Positions 15,448-20,008 of a stretch of DNA of 20,008 nucleotides are shown here, piece after piece. Source of the stretch: a candidate division WOR-3 bacterium (GTDB lineage Bacteria; Hydrothermota; Tepidihabitantia; Tepidihabitantales; Tepidihabitantaceae); the NCBI GenBank assembly GCA_037441285.1, contig JBBISL010000026.1:1-20008 (forward strand). Reading direction: 5' to 3'. Position numbers and translations under genes: made by a program. Every line of letters begins with the position of its first letter. The first letter of the stretch is position 1. Below the pieces are notes generated by a model, which did no database searches, was not told where the DNA came from, and was given only the letters and a program-made list of their open reading frames with translations.

Positions 15448-18400
15448 CTACTCTATTCGCACCGCCTTAGCCACTGTGCCGTTGACATCGATGAAAAGAA
15501 CGCCCTTCTGGCTCGCCTTGGGCTGCCAGATAAAGGAGCCGTTTGTGCTGCTAACCGGAATTTCAAACCTTTCCACACATCGACCCAGCGCATCGTACAC
15601 CACCGCTTTTAAAGGCTCCACCCGATTTAACGAATAATTAACGGTCACACTCCGGGAGAAAAGCCTTGGATTGACATCAATAACGCACCGTGCCGGCAAA
15701 CCGCTTACACCTTCGCTAACACCAACCTGGGGTTCATACCAGTTAAATGCGGTGTCGGAATTGGCGGTCATCTGTGCCACGGTTCGACCGCCACAGATTG
15801 CAAACGCGACAATCTGACTGTCTCCCGCCGGAATGGTAAAAGGACCCACCGAAGAAAGCGCGTGCCAGTTACCCATAGATGTCCCGCTTGTGGAGCGCAG
15901 TCTGCCGTCTAAAAACCGCATCTTTTCCGATTTGGTAAACCCGTCATTAACATAGGTGTTGTGAAAGATACAGTTTGCCCAGCCGTTCGCACCCGGCGGA
16001 TAAATTGGTCTCACCCCGAGCGCCAGCGTCTCGGGCAACGCCTTGACATAGGCAAGGTTCCGGATTGAGTCAACCCCGGCATAGTCGGAGTCATCGATAG
16101 AGTGCCAGGGTGCGGTGCGAAAGTCGCAAGCAACTCCTGCCCACAAATCAGAAATCGGCAGCGTGTCGTTGTTGTGCAGCCGGTACTCTAAAATGATGAA
16201 GTCGTTCCGGGCAGTATCGGCACTGACAAAACTGCGCTGGGTTACCGTTATCCCTTTGGGCGCGACATGGCGGGCATCAGAAAATACGCACCGATACTCC
16301 TGGTCGCCAAACTCCGGTGGCAGCACCGGTCGGAGCGACTCAACAACCGCAAAATCCTGCGGTGTAACCTGCCAGGGTTGCCCGTAATAGTTGTCCGCCA
16401 CCCATATTGTATCAGGTTCGTTGATGCCAAGCAGAAATGAACCGTGCATCATCGCCGAAGAGGACCAGGCGCGACTCTTCGGATAGATAAAACCCAGACC
16501 CTGACCGCGCCAGGTGGTCGTACCAATTCCGCCATTGGCGCACACCCCGATAACAAAATCGCCGGTGTCGTGTACCGCCCACAACCCGGCACGGGCATAA
16601 GGCATGCCCACCGTCATTTCAAACTGTGTCCGCCAGGTCCCGCTATCGCCCTGCACCACCAGGTTTATCTCCAGTTTTTCGCCATCAGGACAGTCTCTAT
16701 CCACCCGTACCCGATAGGCACTTCCCCGCGCGGTATCACCCACCGCAACCGAATCGTAAGAACTGGTGGAAACAAGCAATGTCAAATAGGGCGAACTGGA
16801 ATGCAGGGTACCGGTGGTATTGAAACTGGTCAAATTACCCAGATTCTTTACCACCACATAAAGGTTCGCCTCATCACCCGGGTCAAGCCTGCCATTGGCA
16901 TCGTCCACCCAGCAGTGGTCATAAACCACGAGCGGTGTTGGCTGACCGCTTCGGGTGAATACCGTCTTTTCCAACGGCGCACCATCCTGAGCCGTAACCG
17001 AAACGGTCAATGTCCAGGTATCTTCCAGCGCGGGTAGAACAACCCTTGCCCTTCCCTGAGAGTTCGTCACACCCCGGCCAATCAGTTCATTCTGATGGAG
17101 AATTGCCACCCGGGCTTGGGCGGCGGGAACAGAATCGGGATAATAGACCCGTACCACCACAATCTGAGGATTGGCCGCAATCGTATCCGGGCAGGTGACG
17201 GTAAGTTGCTGGGGCACCTGGCGCCACATCAACATCGTCGGGTCGCCCTGCAATGTCCATTCATAAATTGACCAGCGATAGGTCATCTGACTGAACGCCG
17301 CGTTGCGATAAAAGTCTTTAGCCAGTGCATACGCCTGCCCCTGATTCCACCCCCGAATGTAGTTGTTGTAAAACTCCATACACAAATTCTCAGAAGGACC
17401 CATATTGGGAGGCGCACCCCAGCCATAGCGGGCGTTGAGACAGGTTGAAACCGCGCCGCCATTGGTGATGGTAACAAACTGCTCAGCCAGACAGTCGTAC
17501 TGGTCAAAGTTACCGCAATTGCATGCCATTGAGTTGACAATCACCGGCTTGGTGCTGTTGGTAAGTGAACTCAAATATGATGTTGAAAAGGTTGAGCCAA
17601 AGGCGTTGTACGAACCATGGCCGGCAAAGTGGAAAAGGTGCCGACCGCTGTTAATGCTCGCCACACACTGAGTCGGGGTCATATTGTAAACCGAATCCAC
17701 CAGCCAGTTTCCCAAATCAGAAAGCGCCCGCGCAATGTTTTTATTCACAATCCTGCCGTAGTAGTCAATGTATGACCACAACGCCTCAAACGGCAAAAGG
17801 ACATTGTGGAGATAGGTGGTGTCCGGATGCCGCTCATACAGACTGTCTTTGTACAGAAAGTTGGCACAGTTGCTGGCATCATCCAGCGGTAATCTGCCCA
17901 CGATGATGTCGGAATACAGGTCAACCGAATCCGGGTTAAAGTTTGTGTACGAATACTCACCAAATTGCGAGTTGTTGTTCGCATCCCAGGTACCATCAAG
18001 GTCCGAATAGTACAGGTCTGCCGGCACATTGTAAGGCGAATAGGGTAGATACCCATAACGGCAGGGCACATGCTGGACATCGCCGGCTAAAATTACATAC
18101 TTCAAACCCTGATGGGCAAACTTGTCCTTCACCATATTCCGAATCTTCTCCGGATTGTCCCGGCCTGGATAATGGGCATAAATCGTTTCGGTCGGCACAA
18201 TCTCGGCGAAATAACCCTTGCGCCGCAGATAATCGCGGAAATTAATCAGTGCTGGCGCCAGTGTTGAAGATGTCACAATCACAACATCCAGTTCCGCATT
18301 GTCCAGTTCCGCGCTCAAAGGTGCCCAGCGACTTACATCCTGAGGATTCACGACCAGCGCGGAAACCGCATCATTTGCCAGCTCCAGTTGTCCTGGGGTC

Positions 18401-18954
18401 AATACCGTTTGCGAAAAGGCGTTGTTTTCGTACTCAATCTCCAGTTCTGCCCGGGTCGCAAGGAGCAGCCGGCCTGATGCCGGATGGTAACGAAACGGGC
18501 AGAAAAGAAAACCGGCGATACGGAAACCGGCTTTTGAACCGGCCGGAACACCTGTAACCAGCTCCGCCGGATATGCTACATCCGAACTGTAAACCGCCGG
18601 GTCGGGCTTAACAAACGGGATTGAATTGAACTGCGACAAAGGCCGCATCGGCTGCACCGGATAAATCTTCAATCCCTGCGCCAGTTCCCGCCATTCTACA
18701 TCCCTTAGCCGCACCGCAACCAGTCGGGCATCAGGAGGAATCAGCACATTACCCGATACCACCGGCAAAAGCGGCTCACCTGGTTCAGTGGTTGCAACCA
18801 CTGTCAAGTTTGGTGCCCCGGGTATCAGTTGAACAACCTGATAATCATCTTCGTTGGACAACCGAACCTGTTCTGGAGAAATTGTCAAAGGTACGGTAAT
18901 GCGACCGGCGAAAACTATGTTAACGCACACCAGCAAAAACAAGAAACGCTTCAC
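15448..18954 (-). CDS. Secreted gingipain-like cysteine protease (peptidase C25) with propeptide, Ig-like domains and T9SS-like C-terminal domain
   Basis: Start reassigned to GTG 18954 (SD AGGAGG 18964-18959; signal peptide MKRFLFLLVCVNIVFA). C25 motifs YVILAGD, ADLYYSDLDG, VGRLP, catalytic HFAGHG and MACNCG, LQGDP. Tail VYDALGRCV...GVLFI. Confidence 0.9.
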   Translation of the reverse strand: MKRFLFLLVCVNIVFAGRITVPLTISPEQVRLSNEDDYQVVQLIPGAPNLTVVATTEPGEPLLPVVSGNVLIPPDARLVAVRLRDVEWRELAQGLKIYPVQPMRPLSQFNSIPFVKPDPAVYSSDVAYPAELVTGVPAGSKAGFRIAGFLFCPFRYHPASGRLLLATRAELEIEYENNAFSQTVLTPGQLELANDAVSALVVNPQDVSRWAPLSAELDNAELDVVIVTSSTLAPALINFRDYLRRKGYFAEIVPTETIYAHYPGRDNPEKIRNMVKDKFAHQGLKYVILAGDVQHVPCRYGYLPYSPYNVPADLYYSDLDGTWDANNNSQFGEYSYTNFNPDSVDLYSDIIVGRLPLDDASNCANFLYKDSLYERHPDTTYLHNVLLPFEALWSYIDYYGRIVNKNIARALSDLGNWLVDSVYNMTPTQCVASINSGRHLFHFAGHGSYNAFGSTFSTSYLSSLTNSTKPVIVNSMACNCGNFDQYDCLAEQFVTITNGGAVSTCLNARYGWGAPPNMGPSENLCMEFYNNYIRGWNQGQAYALAKDFYRNAAFSQMTYRWSIYEWTLQGDPTMLMWRQVPQQLTVTCPDTIAANPQIVVVRVYYPDSVPAAQARVAILHQNELIGRGVTNSQGRARVVLPALEDTWTLTVSVTAQDGAPLEKTVFTRSGQPTPLVVYDHCWVDDANGRLDPGDEANLYVVVKNLGNLTSFNTTGTLHSSSPYLTLLVSTSSYDSVAVGDTARGSAYRVRVDRDCPDGEKLEINLVVQGDSGTWRTQFEMTVGMPYARAGLWAVHDTGDFVIGVCANGGIGTTTWRGQGLGFIYPKSRAWSSSAMMHGSFLLGINEPDTIWVADNYYGQPWQVTPQDFAVVESLRPVLPPEFGDQEYRCVFSDARHVAPKGITVTQRSFVSADTARNDFIILEYRLHNNDTLPISDLWAGVACDFRTAPWHSIDDSDYAGVDSIRNLAYVKALPETLALGVRPIYPPGANGWANCIFHNTYVNDGFTKSEKMRFLDGRLRSTSGTSMGNWHALSSVGPFTIPAGDSQIVAFAICGGRTVAQMTANSDTAFNWYEPQVGVSEGVSGLPARCVIDVNPRLFSRSVTVNYSLNRVEPLKAVVYDALGRCVERFEIPVSSTNGSFIWQPKASQKGVLFIDVNGTVAKAVRIE

Positions 18955-19043
18955 AACGCCTCCTTTTTTAATTGGGTTTGACCGATATGCCAGCACAACA
19001 GGCAAATTATTACCCGAAAATATTAAAAGTCAAACAAAGATAT

Positions 19044-20008
19044 TTACCCGGCACGCGCTGCCCAGACCTCTTCCCAGACCCGAACAAAATTCAATCCAAG
19101 TATTTTTTTGATGTCCGCTTCCGTGTAGCCCATTTTCATCAAACCCCGGGTGATTTCGGGCAGCCGGGTTACATCCTCAAGCCCCTTCAGACAACCCGAA
19201 AACCCATCAAAGTCCGAACCGAGCCCGACCACACCAGGTCCAAAATGTTGAACAACATAGTCAATTGCCCCTAACACATCCTTAACCGACGCCTGCTTCG
19301 GATTTGGGCTCAGAAATGCGGGCAGAAAAACCTGTCCCATCACCCCGCCCTTTTGGGCTAAAAGCGCCAGTTGCTCTTTCTTTAAATTACGATTGTGCCT
19401 TCTTAAAGCATACACCCCGGAGTGAGAGGCGATAACCGGTGCCATACTCAACTCAACCGCCTGATAAAATGTCCTTTCCGCCGAATGGGAAACATCAACT
19501 ATCATCCCCAACCGGTTCATCAACTCTACCGCCCTTTTACCAAGCGCTGAAAGCCCCTGATGCGGCTGGTTTTTGTCCCAGCTGGCATCGCCCAGTTCAT
19601 TTGAGTTGCACCAGGTCAGGGTCAAAATCCTCACCCCGGCCCGAAACCACCGCTTTAGCCGGAAAAGGTCTCCTTCCAGCGCATGCCCACCCTCAACCCC
19701 GATGACAATCGCAACCCTACCCGAACGCACAATCCGCTTTAAACCATCAGGGGAAAGAGCCAGACCGACCCGATTACGGTTCTGGGCGCAAATCTGTTTT
19801 ATCACCTGACAACCGTTCAACACAAACCGGTCAAACTCCCCGGGTTTTAACCGCTTGGGGTCAGGGAACAGGGCAAAAACCTGTGCCTTAACCCCACCCG
19901 CAACCAGCCGCGGCAGGTCCAGATGCCCGGACCGACTGCGCCGAGTGATATCCCTTTTCCCTGAGATATGGGCAAGAATCGTATCACAGTGCATATCAAC
20001 CACCAGCG
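19044..20008 (-). CDS. Membrane (renal-type) dipeptidase, peptidase M19; 5' end may extend beyond the window
   Basis: DMHCDT, GVEG, LTLTW, VDVSH, IASHS, RNL and GLGSDFDG motifs. Confidence 0.93.
   Translation of the reverse strand, partial: LVVDMHCDTILAHISGKRDITRRSRSGHLDLPRLVAGGVKAQVFALFPDPKRLKPGEFDRFVLNGCQVIKQICAQNRNRVGLALSPDGLKRIVRSGRVAIVIGVEGGHALEGDLFRLKRWFRAGVRILTLTWCNSNELGDASWDKNQPHQGLSALGKRAVELMNRLGMIVDVSHSAERTFYQAVELSMAPVIASHSGVYALRRHNRNLKKEQLALLAQKGGVMGQVFLPAFLSPNPKQASVKDVLGAIDYVVQHFGPGVVGLGSDFDGFSGCLKGLEDVTRLPEITRGLMKMGYTEADIKKILGLNFVRVWEEVWAARAG

Noticed and set aside
15322..15612. 96-aa plus-strand ORF
   Set aside because: It runs through the terminator hairpin and antisense into the C25 gene, with no SD or motif.
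16444..17037. 197-aa plus-strand ORF and other short shadow ORFs across the window
   Set aside because: They lie antisense to or out of frame within well-supported genes and have no recognisable protein features.

Overview
Bacterial chromosomal window, mostly housekeeping and cell-envelope genes. Left to right: the 3' tail of a RAYT/IS200-like tyrosine transposase; a minus-strand operon (Cys/Met-metabolism PLP enzyme, thrC, ApgM-type mutase/proposed homoserine kinase); a secreted tandem nitroreductase-like protein with a FlgD/T9SS-like tail; yebC-ruvC-ruvA-ruvB; a 3D-domain lipoprotein convergently overlapping a polysaccharide deacetylase; glutamine-dependent NAD synthetase; a TMTC-like membrane glycosyltransferase with TPRs; a DUF3108-like exported protein; a ~690 bp non-coding island; a large gingipain-family (C25) protease; and an M19 dipeptidase cut by the window edge. 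The gene repertoire suggests an FCB-related lineage such as WOR-3 (inference only). The most striking unexplained part is the island at 14762-15447. It holds two tandem sigma54-type (-24/-12) promoters with the same upstream IHF-like motif, and each points into a highly structured sequence rather than a credible gene, suggesting a pair of undescribed sigma54-dependent ncRNAs.
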